The position numbers and the translations under genes were made by a program. Source: Blasia pusilla (taxonomy: Eukaryota). From it: a DNA stretch of 64,000 nucleotides. The notes beneath the pieces were generated by a model, which was given only the letters and a program-made list of their open reading frames with translations, had not been told where the DNA came from and did no database searches. Where the stretch lies: positions 17,794,001 to 17,858,000 of the forward strand of contig CM114271.1 of NCBI GenBank assembly GCA_050084515.1, given 5' to 3'. Below, piece after piece: positions 11,301 through 24,130 of this stretch; positions within the stretch are counted from its first letter, which is position 1; each line of letters opens with the position of its first letter.

Positions 11301-14300
11301 CTGTGTCAGCCATCCTTCCTTGAGCTCAATGTCTTCCATCTTTGCATAGCTAGAGTCAAAGCTGACTCCTTGTTCAAACTCTTCAGCTTGGACCAGATCT
11401 CCCAAGCATTGCTTATACCATCCACCAACTCCCTCATAGAGGAGTTCAGGGTCTGTTTGAGTAAGATAGCTGCCAACTGATTTTGCTGTCTCCAAGCAAA
11501 GTTTACCACAAGCTCTTCTAGATTGTGAGGTTTCATCTCAACATACACCCACAACCCTTTCAGCATTAGAATGTCCATCATGGTTCTGGACCATTCTCTA
11601 TAGTTCCCACCATCTAACTTCTCTACACTGCTGAAATCACTAAGGAGAAAGGTTTGGGGTGGGCCATAACCTGAGAATATGATTGACCAGCAGAAGTATC
11701 TGCTTGTACAAAGTCAGAGCTAGCATCAGCTAGACCATCCATGATTTCAGCTTGTACACAATCAGCAAATCAGTTCCTATCTCTATTGCCAAATCAGAGC
11801 CCTACCATGATGTGACTCTTCTTACTATCTAAGAGATACTAAGAAGGATTCTACTCAGCCACACCTTGCACTCACACTACAGGTCCTCACATGTCACCAG
11901 CTCAGAGATCAGACATGGCTCACCATTGAGCACAAACAATCTCCATCAGCATACTAGACAAAACAACCTGCCTTCCAGTGAGGCTCTAGCAAGCACAGCA
12001 ATTAGTCTCAATCTCCTCTTCCTACTCTCTGATCACTCTGCAGCAGGACCAAGAGCCTCAGGAGTCCTCACCAAAACTGTGCATGCTGTAGAATTGGCTT
12101 CTGCTCTCTAAACAGAGACATTATATACATCAGGGTGAGCACTTCTGGCCCTTAGATCTTCTTGAACAGATCCATACCCTAAATAACAGATGGTGGCTAA
12201 CCCTAACTCGAGAATTGCCCTAATTCAAGGTTACCCTAAAAGATAGAGGAACACTAAGTTATCTCTAGCTAACTAAATAAGTATCCAACTAAGTTAGTAT
12301 CTGACTAACTATTTTTAGAGCATGACTAAACTAGATATTAACAAATTTCAACAGATCATACTGATCGACCCATACGGACGATCTAGATTAGATTAGGATC
12401 AATGTTCTGTTTATAAACATTGATTACCGCTAGTAACGTTTCATCTTGCGCAGCTGTGAGGCATTTCTGAAGTGACACAGTTACGGTCACGTCTTTTGAT
12501 TACGGCTTTTAGTTTAGTGCAGACTTTACTGCTTATGTATCGGCTTTTAATCTATAACACAGAGAACACAGAGAGTACAAACGCAATTTCAATTCATTCC
12601 ACAATTTTCACATGGTATCAGAGCCTGGCCGCTGGTCACTACTCTTTCGATTTCAAGAAAGGATTAGAATTTGAGGGACACTTCAACATTCTAGAGTAGA
12701 GGGGACGCCTTCTACTCAACGCCTTACTCGTTTTAGTTTTTTTAGTGGCTGTAGACTTCAGATTCTTACGAATTCGAAGTCCTCGGCCCTTTTCTGTCAC
12801 TTTCATCAATTCTCAATGGTGAATACTAGTATTTTCCTCAAGATCGATGACATCCCGAAATTCGACGGGACCTATTTCTATATCTGGCGATTAAGTATGA
12901 GATTGTACCTCGATGCTGAAGATCTTGTAGGCATCGTAGAAGGTACAATCCCAAAGCCAGCAGCGGCTACCACTCCTGCCACCGGCGTTGGGAGTGTTCC
13001 ACGAAAGGGAGATTCTCAACCGTATAGCCTTATCTTTCATAGCGAATCGTTTAGACAATTCGCAAGTTCATCATATCAGTTCCGCTACGACTGCAGCGGA
13101 AGCCTGGACGAAATTGGATTCTTTATACCAAGCCCAGGACGCTGTCACAAAAATGTATCTGCAAGATTAATTGCAGACTCTGAAGATGAAAGAAGGCACA
13201 GCGTTACCAAACATGTCCATCAATTTAGGACATTGATTGATCAACTCCATCTTGCATTGATGCGATCAATGCCCAACAGTTACCGCAATTTCTTGACCTC
13301 ATTGTGAGGTCAGAGTAACCTTACTTTGCAATCTGTGATCACTTTCCTTCTTAGGGAGGAGAAAATGATGAAGACGCAGACTGCTGAACCGTCCTCAGCT
13401 CTTTTGTTGGACGAGGCGCTGCCCCTTTTCAATCCAAGTCCAAATACAGCAATTCGAGGCAAGGCGGCTCTTTCAGAGGTTACGATCGAGGCAAAGCTCC
13501 TCAGAAAGGCTTTGGCCCTTTCAAATCAGGATTTGTTCCTGCTTCTGTGACGATTCGACATGGCGAATCGTCCAATCATCAAAGGTGATTGGCAGGCTTC
13601 ATCCTCTAATCAGCAGAACACTTACAAGAAAATGAAGTGTTTCTACTGCAATTTGCAGGGGCATCATATTAAAGATTGCCGAAAACGTCTTGCAGATCAG
13701 CAAATGCAGTCCAGAGACATTCGGCTCCAAAAGCCAATTTACGTCTCATCTCTTCTTCACCGTCGCCTATTCGACTTCGGCTTCAGACATTCAAGATAAC
13801 ACATGCTATCTTGATACTGGTGCTACGCATCATATGGCCTTCTCCAGTGATTATTTTTCGAATTACACTCCTTACGAAAAATCTTCGTATGTATTTTTGG
13901 GTGATAATTCTAGTCTGGAGATCAGAGGATCTGGTTAAGTAGAGATCCTTCTGACTAACGGTACTCGACACATTCTTCCGAATGTTCTCTTTATACCAAA
14001 CTTGAAGAAAAATCTTTTCTCAGTCAAGCTACTCGACACTGCAGGAGGATCTGCCTTGATTCATAGAGGACAGTACGTACTCCGTGACTCTACAGACCAA
14101 ATCAATACAACATGTTACTTAACCAATGATTTGTACAAACTCAGAGAAGCTGTTCTTCCACCCTCCCTATTTTCTACCATTACAGCTGCCACTGTGGTTC
14201 TTCCCACGATTGCTGACGATTACCTCCTTCACTACAAATCCGAAGCTTTTTCCCGTTTCATCCAATTTGTAGCCAATGTAGAGACTCAGCATCAACCTCA

Positions 14301-17300
14301 ATGCATTCAGACATTGCAATCGACAACGGTGGGGAGTATAAGTCCTCTGCTTTCTCAGACTTCTGCCCTTCTCGAGGAATCTCCAGGCACCACAGCAGAA
14401 TGGTGTTTCAGAACGTAAGAATAGAACTCTTGCCAATTCTGTACGTTCTATGCTTTTCCATTCCGCTCCCCGAAGACTCATTGGAGTGAAGGGTTGGTCA
14501 CTGCCAATTATTTGCAAAATCTTCTTCCGAGCAAAGCATTACCACCTTCCAAAACACCATATGAGATATGGTTTAATTGTAAACCTGTTTTATCTCATCT
14601 TCGTATTTTTGGATCTTGCATTTGCTAAAATCAATCATCCTCGTTCAAAGCTGGATTTTCGCACTGAGGAATGCATTTTCCTAGGTTACAGTGACCAAAG
14701 CAAAGCCCTGCGTCTAGAGAGGCTGAGAGACAAAACTATCATTCTCTCCCGTGATGCTGTAGTTCTTGAAGATCAGACTGCTAAGACCACTCCATCGATC
14801 TCTTCTTCTGATGCAGAAGATCTGGCTATCAGATCTGATCCTCTATTTTTCCACTCATCCCCTAATCCTCAAACTTCCTTGCCTATTCCTGCTACTTACC
14901 CTAATATTCCTGCAGTGGGAACTCCTTCTCCTACCATGTCTTCTTCAGTGGGAGTTTAACCTCTTTACAGTTTGCCTCCGCCAGCGGACGCGCCTTCACC
15001 AAGGTCCTCTTCCCCTGCACACCCTGTACCTGGACATGGACGTACCCATCTTTACTATGAGAGAAGACCACGCGCTCCTACTCCTCCTCTTGCTCAACGA
15101 AAAAGTCCTCGCATTACTCGGGCTGTTGAGCGTTACGATGCACTTGTTGAGGCTGAGAAGAACAAGAGGCGAGCTGCAGAGAAGCGTTGGGCCTTGCTCT
15201 CTTCTACCAGTTCTTTTCTCGAACTATCTCTGGCTCCTGATTCTTCACATTGGAAGGCTGCCATTTCTGCTGAACTTCAGAATATGGTTTGAATGAAGGC
15301 TTGGACGCTAGTTCCGGTTCCTCCTAATCAAAGCACCGTCGGATGCCATTGGGTTTTTTAAATTAAACCTAAGGTGGATGGCACGATCCACAAGTACAAA
15401 GCCCGACTTGTTGCTAAAGGATTTACTCAAGTTCCTGATCTTGATTACGAAGAGACTTTTTCTCCTACGGTTGAACTTCAATCTCTTCGTATTCTTATTG
15501 CTATGGCTGCTTATTTCAATCTGGATTTACATCAATTAGATGTAATCGCTGCTTTTCTATATGGGTTCTTGCAACACAGGATCTACATGGCTCTTCCTCC
15601 AGGCTTGCCAGTTCCCAATAATAACTTGGTCTGCCTTCTAGGAAGATCCATTAATGGTTTGAAGCAATCAGCCCGTATGTGGTCTGAACGCTGTCACTTT
15701 GTTTTACTTGACATTGGTTTTGTCAGCACCACTGCTGACTCTAATATGTGCATTCTGAACAAGGACTCCAATTTTCTTATCCTTGCTCTCTACGTGAATG
15801 ATACTGTCATCGCCAGCTCCAGTTCTGCACTACTTCATTTTGTCAAAAGCAAGCTCCACCAAGAGTTTGAAATGACTGATCTCGGTGAGGCTTATCATGT
15901 TCTGGGAATTCATCCAGCAAGACCGGCAACAAGGATATCCAGCAAGACCGGCAGCAAGGATGGATCTGGCTCAACCAGACGACTTACATCACCAACAAAC
16001 TCAAACAGTTCAACATGCTGGGCTGCAACCTATCTCCACTCCCTTTGATTTTGGCCTTCATCTTAGTCAAGATCAATCTCCTGTTGATCCTGCTGACATC
16101 GCAGCAATGTCTTCTATTCCTTATAAAAGTGCTACAGGCAGTTTAATGTGGGCAATGGTGTGCACTCGCTCAGATATTGCCTATTCTGCTAGCACTGTTG
16201 CACAGTTCATGACCAATTCTGGTCCTATACACTGGACTGCTGTCAAACGTATTTTCAGGTATCTTCAAGGGACAAAACATTACTTTCTCAATATCAGTGC
16301 TCATCTACTCCTTTTCATCTTCAAGGATATCCTGATGCTGCCTATGGAGACAATATCAACTCCTGAAAATCTACTAGCGGAGTTTGCTTTCTCCTTGCAG
16401 GAGGAGCAGTTAGCTGGGCAAGTAGAAAACAAAAGTCAGTTGCCCTTTCAAGTACCAAGTCGGAGTACATTACAATGACTAAAACTAGCACTGATTTGGA
16501 TCAGAAGATTACTTTACGAAATTGGTTTTGCTCAGAAGATAACTGAGATCTTCTGTGACAACCAGAGTGCTATTGCTTTGGTCAGTTCTACAAAACATCA
16601 TGACCGCACCAAACACATCGACATTCAATACCACTTTATCAAAGATCAAGTATAAAGTGGCGAAATTATTTTGACCTATATTTCAACTGCAGAGATGGCT
16701 GCAGACATTTTTATTAAGGGTTTACAGAAAGGACCTCATCAGAAACATACTAAATCTCTAGGGTTAACTAGTAATGAAAATGGATGATTTGTTCCCCTGA
16801 GTGGGAGTGTTGGAAATTAATTAGTACAGTGAAACAAATCAGCAGATTGCTGCTTGATAGTAGTCGATTTAAATATTGATCATACGGATTGACCCATACG
16901 AACGATCTAGATTAGATTAGGATCAATATTCTGTTTATGACCATTGATTACTGATAGTAACGTTTCAACTTGCGTAGCTATGAAACGATACGTAGCTATG
17001 AGACATTTCTGAAGTGACACAGTTACCGTCACATCTTTTGATTACAGCTTTTAGTTTACCGCAGACTTTACTACTTATGTATCGGCTTTTAATCTATCAA
17101 CACAGAGAACACAGAGTGTACAAACACAATTTCAATTCATTCCGCAATTTTCACATATGTTTCTTCCTTAATAGGATTGTCAGAGTTGATGTGATTGTCA
17201 CATTATGCTGAAAAATGTGAGATCTTTTGGGGCAATATATTTGTTGCATTTCCTACACTTATGTCAATGAGACGTGTGTCTATCAGATAGGATCCATGTT

Positions 17301-17967
17301 GCAACATGGGGACATATGGACTGGATCGAGGAAACTGTTAAAATGACACTTGCAATACCTGGTCACTCACTGAGAGATGTCCTGGGTTTATCAAAGGTTC
17401 CATCAAGCTACTACTTAAAGGTATGCAATCAGTAACTCAAGCAAAAATCACAGGTTACTTCCCCTAGTCTCTTGGCTGTAATGAAGAGGAATGTAAAGGA
17501 CCTCAAATATTCAGGAAAAATGTATACCACCCAGCTGGACCATTTGGTTCAGTTATTGTCAAAACCCCAGTAAGCATCCTAGAGACATATTGTCACTCCA
17601 AAACTGATTCTCTATGTCTAGGAGTGTTATTTGGATAGTTTGTAGGATCAGAAGGTGTCTCGGGCTGTCGGTGCCAGGCAAGTTGATCAAATCAGGAAAG
17701 GAAAATCAGATCTAAAATGAGAAAGGAGGTTCACCTCAGTTACCAGAACTGACACGTCGTCTCCATGTACAGATTCCCGTAAGTGGGACGTTTGGAAACC
17801 CGTCGGTGGACTGGAAAGTGGCAGGAATTGGAATTGCCCAACTTACAGCACGGCAGCGTGGTGGACAATTAATGGGAAGTTTCATGGATATTTTTGATGC
17901 CAACGAGAGGCCAGACGTTCCTGACCCCACGGGAACTTTTCCTTGGACAGCAAGTAAGGCAAAGTAA
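5363..17967 (+). CDS. 3' part of a multi-exon host gene; C-terminus resembles AsmA-like (bridge-like lipid-transfer) proteins. Exons 5363-5811, 6119-6298, 6612-6774, 17287-17420, 17773-17967; upstream exons lie outside the window
   Basis: GT-AG junctions join in frame: ...KLIKPLRAE|MDLTPAVAKF...EPFKA|TLARDQVV...RIDILIA(D)|RIHVATWGHMDW...YYLK|IPVSGTFGNPSVDWKVAGIGIAQL...PWTASKAK*. The gene structure is well supported; the product name is recalled similarity only. Confidence 0.8.
6875..12353 (-). mobile_element. Ty1/copia copy B (same family as A), full length, nested in the 5' LTR of element C
   Basis: TSD GATCA at 6870-6874 and 12354-12358. Two 682-bp LTRs (11672-12353, 6875-7556) that look identical by eye. 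ORF fragments translate to the same gag/PR/IN/RT/RH peptides as copy A. Confidence 0.97.
15912..15961 (+). repeat. 25-bp tandem duplication inside the RT of element C
   Basis: ATCCAGCAAGACCGGCA(A/G)CAAGGAT x2; causes a frameshift. Confidence 0.85.
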
Positions 17968-18999
17968 ACAGAGTTAGTGCTAACCCATTCGGTCACAAAG
18001 TTTTGAAATTTATAATTTGGTTCAAAATGTTATCTTTTACCTTGAGGCAGCAAGTGTGGAGATAAGTTTTTGCCCTGATGAGTAGTAGATGACATTGGGA
18101 TGCAACACTATTTCCTGCTCTTACCCCTTGAAGAATTACCGTTTGGTTCTGGAGTAACTAAAAGGGTCAGGTTTTGCACTTGTGAAGGATGGTAGTACAA
18201 TTCGGTGACCCCCAGTATAGGAACCCCAGTGATGATAAAACTGTGCCGATATATCATTTGTGTAATCAAGTTATTACCAGTCAAATGTACAATTTTCCTA
18301 TGTGTTAACGCAGGTCCTGACTACTGTTCATGATGAAACCAAATTTATACTTCTCTCAGATCTCACTTTTAGAACTTTAAAAGCATAGAAAGATGCCAGA
18401 TCCCAACAGGATTTTCTACTGAACCATGTACATGAGTGGAACCACTTACAAATGCAAAAGAGCTAATCTGAAATTGATTGCATGCATAATTTGTTCACAA
18501 CTTCTATTGAGCATCGGGTGCTTGACAAAACTTCTATTCAGAGGTGGTTGAAACCAAGATGCAGGAGTATGTGGCAGAATATGTGTATTGGTTCAAAGCA
18601 CGTTTAGGTGGCAACTCAAGTGGTGGAATTCGGGGGGAGTATCACATCTTGGTTGGCTTCTAGGAACTTAACCTCTTTGTTTCAGAGTTGAATGTCTCAT
18701 CAAGTTTATCTACTTGATAGGTTTCTAAATATGATCAAACAGTTGTGTAAAACAGAATACATGGGCTACGTTAGGCTCCACAATAAATGCCTTATCCCCA
18801 AGATTGTAAGGCTAATGTGTAGCCAATTAGATTGCAAGCTCGTCCTGTTCCGTGGTGTAATAGTATTGTTCGGTCAATAGTAGTTTCTTAGATAAGAAAG
18901 TCATTTGATGTCAACCATCTTCCCATTCTTACAGTAACATCTCTTCCACAATTGATCGTGATACATCCATTGACAATTTAAGCAATTTAGTTAGATCAT

Positions 19000-21900
19000 A
19001 CCATTTCAAAATAGAGCATGTAGTAAAATTTTCTTCAATGCTTGAAATGTCATCTCTAAAGTTGCTCACTTCCATCTGGATCCTTTTTCTTAACAAGCTG
19101 GTCAATGATCGAGCTAACTTGAAAAATGAATGGACAAAACACTTATAAACCTAGTTAGTGGTGCTAAAAGTCATGCTAAAATTTCAAGTGATGCCTATTT
19201 TTGGATGACCTCTACCTTATCATTTATAACTTGTATGCAACCATGATCTAGATAATATTCTTCTTTCCAAATTCACATTTTGATAACTTATTTTGTGAGG
19301 ACTTGAAGGGTTTGTTTCAAGTATTTATGGTATTTTTAATAAATTTCCATTATATACCACTTGGTCATCTAGGAAGATTATCATTAACTCATCTAAATAT
19401 GGATGGAAAATATCATTTTTGAGATGATGAAGTTAGTTGGAGCTTGGTTAGTCCAAAAGACATGACTAAATGCTTATAGCGATCAAATCTAGTTCTAAAT
19501 GCAGTTTTTTGAAGCCATGATGTAGATCTAATTTTGTGAAGTATTTAGCACCTCTAGTTTGAACAAACAAGCTATCCTTACATGGTAGAGAATATTCATC
19601 TTTGACGGTTTGCTCATGAAATGCTCAATAATAAGTGCATATTTGCATTCCTTCATCCTTCTTCATAAATAATATAGGTGCTCCTTATGGTAATAGAGTT
19701 GGTTGAATAAATCTTTTTGTATGGATCTCCTCCAATTGGATTTGCCTTCCTCCATTTTCTTGGGTAGTATTTTGAAAGGTACTTTACATTACCTTTTCCT
19801 TCTTTTTTTGAATGTGTAGAGCCTTGAAGTCGCCTCAGTGGTTTCCTTCATTTTGCTCATTTTGGTTCATCCACATCTCCATCTTCCATAATATTCAAAA
19901 AATAACGACTCGTAGTTTCTTGATGACGATCTCCTTCATAATACCTCCTTGGCCTTCAACAATTAAAAGTAATGTGCCCAACTTGGTCACAATTATAGCA
20001 TTGAGATCCTCCTTCCTTCATAGTTGCCCCTTGGAATAATCTCTCTGATATATATATCCTATGTCAACCCTCCTTCCTTGATCGTTGGCCCTTGGAATAA
20101 TCTCTTTGATAACTTCCTCGACTTGAGAATTGATATTTTGATAATAGCAACCTCTTCTTTGAAATTCCTTTCGCCTCCATATATGACCCAACTTCATTCG
20201 CGTAAGTCCTTCGTGAGTTGTCATAACTTGATTGCCTTCTCCTCCTTCATATGCAAGAGAACCCTCAATCAACTATGCATGTGAAGTAACCATATCAACA
20301 TCCATCTGTTGGATGTTAATACTCCCCCCCAGTGTAAGCTTTAAATCCTTGCAAGAATTCGTTAAGAACTTCTGTTTGATTGCTATCAAGAATAGAGAGT
20401 TGTAAAGTACGAACTTCATCAACACGCTTTTGCATTGATGAATTTGACCTCTCTTTGCTCTAAGTTCAAAGAATAGTCGTTGTTAAGCCATTTATAGTGG
20501 ATTCATGGATTTGAAATTTTGAAGGAGTCTTTCCTTCAAACGATTCCACATCACCTACTTCCCTTGAGTTAAGCGTTGTCGCTCCCATCTTCAAGCTTTG
20601 TTGAAGCATGGTCCATAAAAAATGATTTTACAAACAACCCTCGCACAATATCAGATGCTTCTCGTAATAGGACACATCAACCTCCATATAATAGATCCAG
20701 TTCTCAAGTATTCTAAAGGCTTGACTACCTCGAAATGGCTCCATCTTTGGATCAAGGTTGCACGGAAATGGACAAGTCGGAATATATCCACGAACATGCA
20801 CGGGTCTACGTGACGAGTTTTGGGCTGACAGAGTCAACATCCATTGCGTGGCCAGTCACGGCCCGTAGGGGAGGCTCGATCCCCATTGAACAGCCTCAAG
20901 CCTGTGCACGGATCGCATGGCAGGCTGGAAGTTTATAGATGGCTTGTGTAGAGCAATGACTTGAAAGAAATAAGGCCTTGGAAGAAAAGAAAAGTACCAA
21001 ATGAGGTTAATATCCATCATGTTTCCCTTACACTATGATAGAGGGGGATTCAACCCCTAATTGAGTAAGAAGCTCACTTAGCCAATCTGTCATCCCCAAA
21101 GCCTACTCCCTCCCACTAACCTACTCACAATTTAACAGTATCAAGTACTCTGTAAGCGCAATCCACAAAAATATTGAATCCATCATATCTCAAACATAAA
21201 AAATTCACCAAAATCAACTCACACTCTGAATGTATGTAGTCAAAACATGTAAATCAACTGAATCAAGAATATATATTTTATCTTGTATCCCTGATTTCAT
21301 TGTCAAGTTCACATTAGAAATCATCATTTCAATATCAATCCATTGCACATCTACTGCATCATAAATGAACAAGGTTTTGTTGTTACCATGGCCGCAAGAA
21401 TTGTACCAATTACATATGACACGACAAATACTTCCCTTCGTCCAAGAGGAAGTTCATGCATGTCCAACACGTCCAAGGCCCTACTACGTCTTTACCAATG
21501 TAAACTATTCTTTTGAATCATGAACACAATACGCCCTAACCAATACTCCTCTTTTGCAACTCTTGCCTCCACTGCAAGTTGTGTCTCTTTTCCCATCCTT
21601 TTCTTGTTTTGTTGATCTTGTGGAAGGGCCAACCTTTGTTGTAGATTCAAACAAAACTGCGGTATCACTACCAACATTAACCAAACAAGTTGGGCAATTA
21701 GGATCACGCTCCTTTCTCTTTCCAGAAGTATAATACGTATTTTGGGCTATTCCAATTAGCCTATCCTTTGACATGAAATGATTGCAAGACAAATGATTTA
21801 CAAGGGAAGATTTGTACATAATCTTGCCCTCATAAGTTACAATAGGCATTATTGCATGAAGAATCGCCATTGTACTCGGTTTTGCTTGACAACCACGATC

Positions 21901-24130
21901 ACAAAGAGTTGCAAAATATTTAAGTGTTTTAGGAGAGCTCAAAGATTAAAATATGATTGGAAACAAGTAGCAAAATTTGATTCGTTGATCACTGTATACA
22001 CAATTTTCCACAAGAGACGACATTGATTTCAACTTTCAATCACATATTTCGTGTTGGGAAACTACGGGCGCAACTGAATACTGGAGTTGAGTGCTCGTCC
22101 GAGGTTGAGTCATGGTGGCATTATAAGAGGCAAGCGCATGGTGGCTTTGTGGAGAAGCACATAACTGCATAGGAGAGAAGGCAAGGAGAGGAAGATTTTT
22201 TTTGGGCGCATTAGGTTGCAAATATCTCTCTTTTAGAACCAAATCTGATTCCCCCCACGACCAAATCTGAATCAAAAGAGAGAGAGATCACATGCTTATC
22301 TTAATCAGCCTGAAAATAAGAGGTTGGATAACAATAAGCCGACCAATGGCAAACCAACTTCAACAATAAGCCGAAACGATAGACATACACGAACGATTCC
22401 AAAGAAGTACAGTCCGTCCATGTGAGGTTCTAGTATCATAGGATGTAGATCCAATTGAAATGCCTTGAGCTGCTTCCAAGTAGGTATTAGTCACCACGGA
22501 TTGAAGAAAGCTTTTTAACCTACCGGCTATTTGAGAAGAATTCGACAGAGGATTGATCGAAGTTTGCTCAATCATCAAACCTTCCTACAACCCGCCTACA
22601 ACTTGCTTGCAAACTCCTCCTTCGAGTGGCGGCTGTTCTTCTTTCCTTGCAAGCTTTTCCCCTAAATCCAAGCCCGATTCAAGTCTACTCGGGAGAAATA
22701 GTGGGAAAATGGTTAAGGGAGGAATATTTTTTTTTTAACTATCTTTTTCCCTCTAAATTTCCCTACAAAGAATCAAAGAATTTCCTACCTAGGGAGGAAA
22801 ATTATTATATAAAATTAAATTTGAAATGAATATAAATAAATTTTATGCAACAAATATGTATTATATATATTTTGTGAGTATTAACCCTATCTTATATGAA
22901 CATCTTCCATAAAAGGGAAACTAATATAAACACCTTATTGTTCTTTTAAGAGCGCCAGGAAATAAATTGAACCTTGTTCTTCCATAAAACTTAATAAGTC
23001 ATCCAAGGGACGCAATTAAAAACCCATTACTTTGTCGCACATGATGGGGCGTATTTGTGGAAGTGAGACACACGAGGCCCTACGGACCTTGAGCCCGCCA
23101 TGCGCCGGCCATGCAGGCTTTCTACATGTCATTTGGGTAGACTTTGCATGGGCCTCCTACGGACTTCCAACGTAACATGCGGACCTTGCACATGCCTAAG
23201 CCCGCCCAATGGGAGCCAAGCTCATCTTGCTGGCCTGATTCCGGGCCTGCCGTAGGATGTAGCACCGGGCCACGCAATGGGTGCAGGCTCCCTCAACTCG
23301 GGTCTACGCGGCGGACTGTGGGCGGGCTTGGGTGAGGGGTACAGATCGGAGGTTCCCAAACCCTATAGTCTACAGACTTATCTCCGTCCATTGGAAGGAC
23401 ATAAGTCTACGGACATAGACTTTGTCCATGTGCAACCTTGCTTAGGGTCCTTTCTTATTCTTATAGGACAATCTCTTTGTCTTCTTCTCTACCTTTCATT
23501 TCGGATTGAGCATGGACTTGCAATTGTTGCACATGCAACAACTAACCTACCAACATTTGATTGTTTTGTTGACTTATCAATAATGATGCTTGACTCTCAT
23601 TCTATCTCCTCCCATATGATCTCCATTTCTCACCTCTCTCACATCCATTCTCCCATATATGCTCTCAATCTCTCACAAGGTCGCTTCCTTCAACTATAAA
23701 GATATCACTTTGTCAATTATTGAGAGAGTTGATTGAAATTCCTTCACATAGGACTAATTCAAATCAAACAAAATCGCACACGAGAATCCCATGTAGGCTC
23801 ATAAGTGACAATAGGTAAAATAAGTGGGTTAGGTAGTCCATGGCCAAAACCATGAATTTTACCCCGAAATAATAAACACGATATTGACGAAAGTAATCCT
23901 TTTCTATATAGAACAAGTGAATTATGAATGGATTTGATAGCGGAAATCAAGAAGGTAGATATAATCCACAATCCATGGACTCATACTCTTAGGAGTACAT
24001 TTAGAAACTCTCGAAACCAGATTTCTTCCAAAACTTCCTTGGAGTTCAAAAATCTTTGGTAAGAGTCCTATCTCTTCTTCAAAGAGGAGTAATCCACACT
24101 CCTTGTAGAAAATTATACTTTGATATCATT
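19000..24130 (-). mobile_element. Degenerate Ty3/gypsy relic (gag + RT), split by the TIR element at 20753-23440; boundaries approximate
   Basis: Minus-strand translation ~19350-19700 gives GAPILFMKKDEG-MQICTYY*A..QTVKDEYSLP..GAKYFTKLDL..IFLDD, a decayed gypsy RT. Gag-like IRKDPK|MEPFRGS..LENWIYYME continues across the insertion. Decayed Met PBS (CTTTGATATCA) near 24118-24128. Confidence 0.75.
20753..23440. mobile_element. Non-autonomous TIR DNA transposon (hAT- or P-like) with a decayed internal ORF
   Basis: 11-bp perfect TIR CAAGGTTGCAC (20753-20763; reverse complement at 23430-23440). Flanking 8-mers CTTTGGAT / CTTAGGGT (6/8 match) form a degenerate TSD. Interrupts the gypsy gag. Frameshifted ORF relic on - strand at ~21290-21942. 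Confidence 0.75.

Larger units (their letters stand above)
6800..17155 (+). mobile_element. Ty1/copia element C (older, degenerate, integrase partly deleted), inserted in a host intron
   Basis: TSD TATGT at 6795-6799 and 17156-17160. 5' LTR TGTTGG... is split by copy B (6800-6874 + 12359-12612). PBS TGGTATCAGAGCC at 12613. Gag (CFYCNLQGHHIKDC), protease (YLDTGAT), RT (YKARLVAKGF, YVNDTV) and RNase H relics. PPT before the 3' LTR 16808-17155. Confidence 0.95.
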
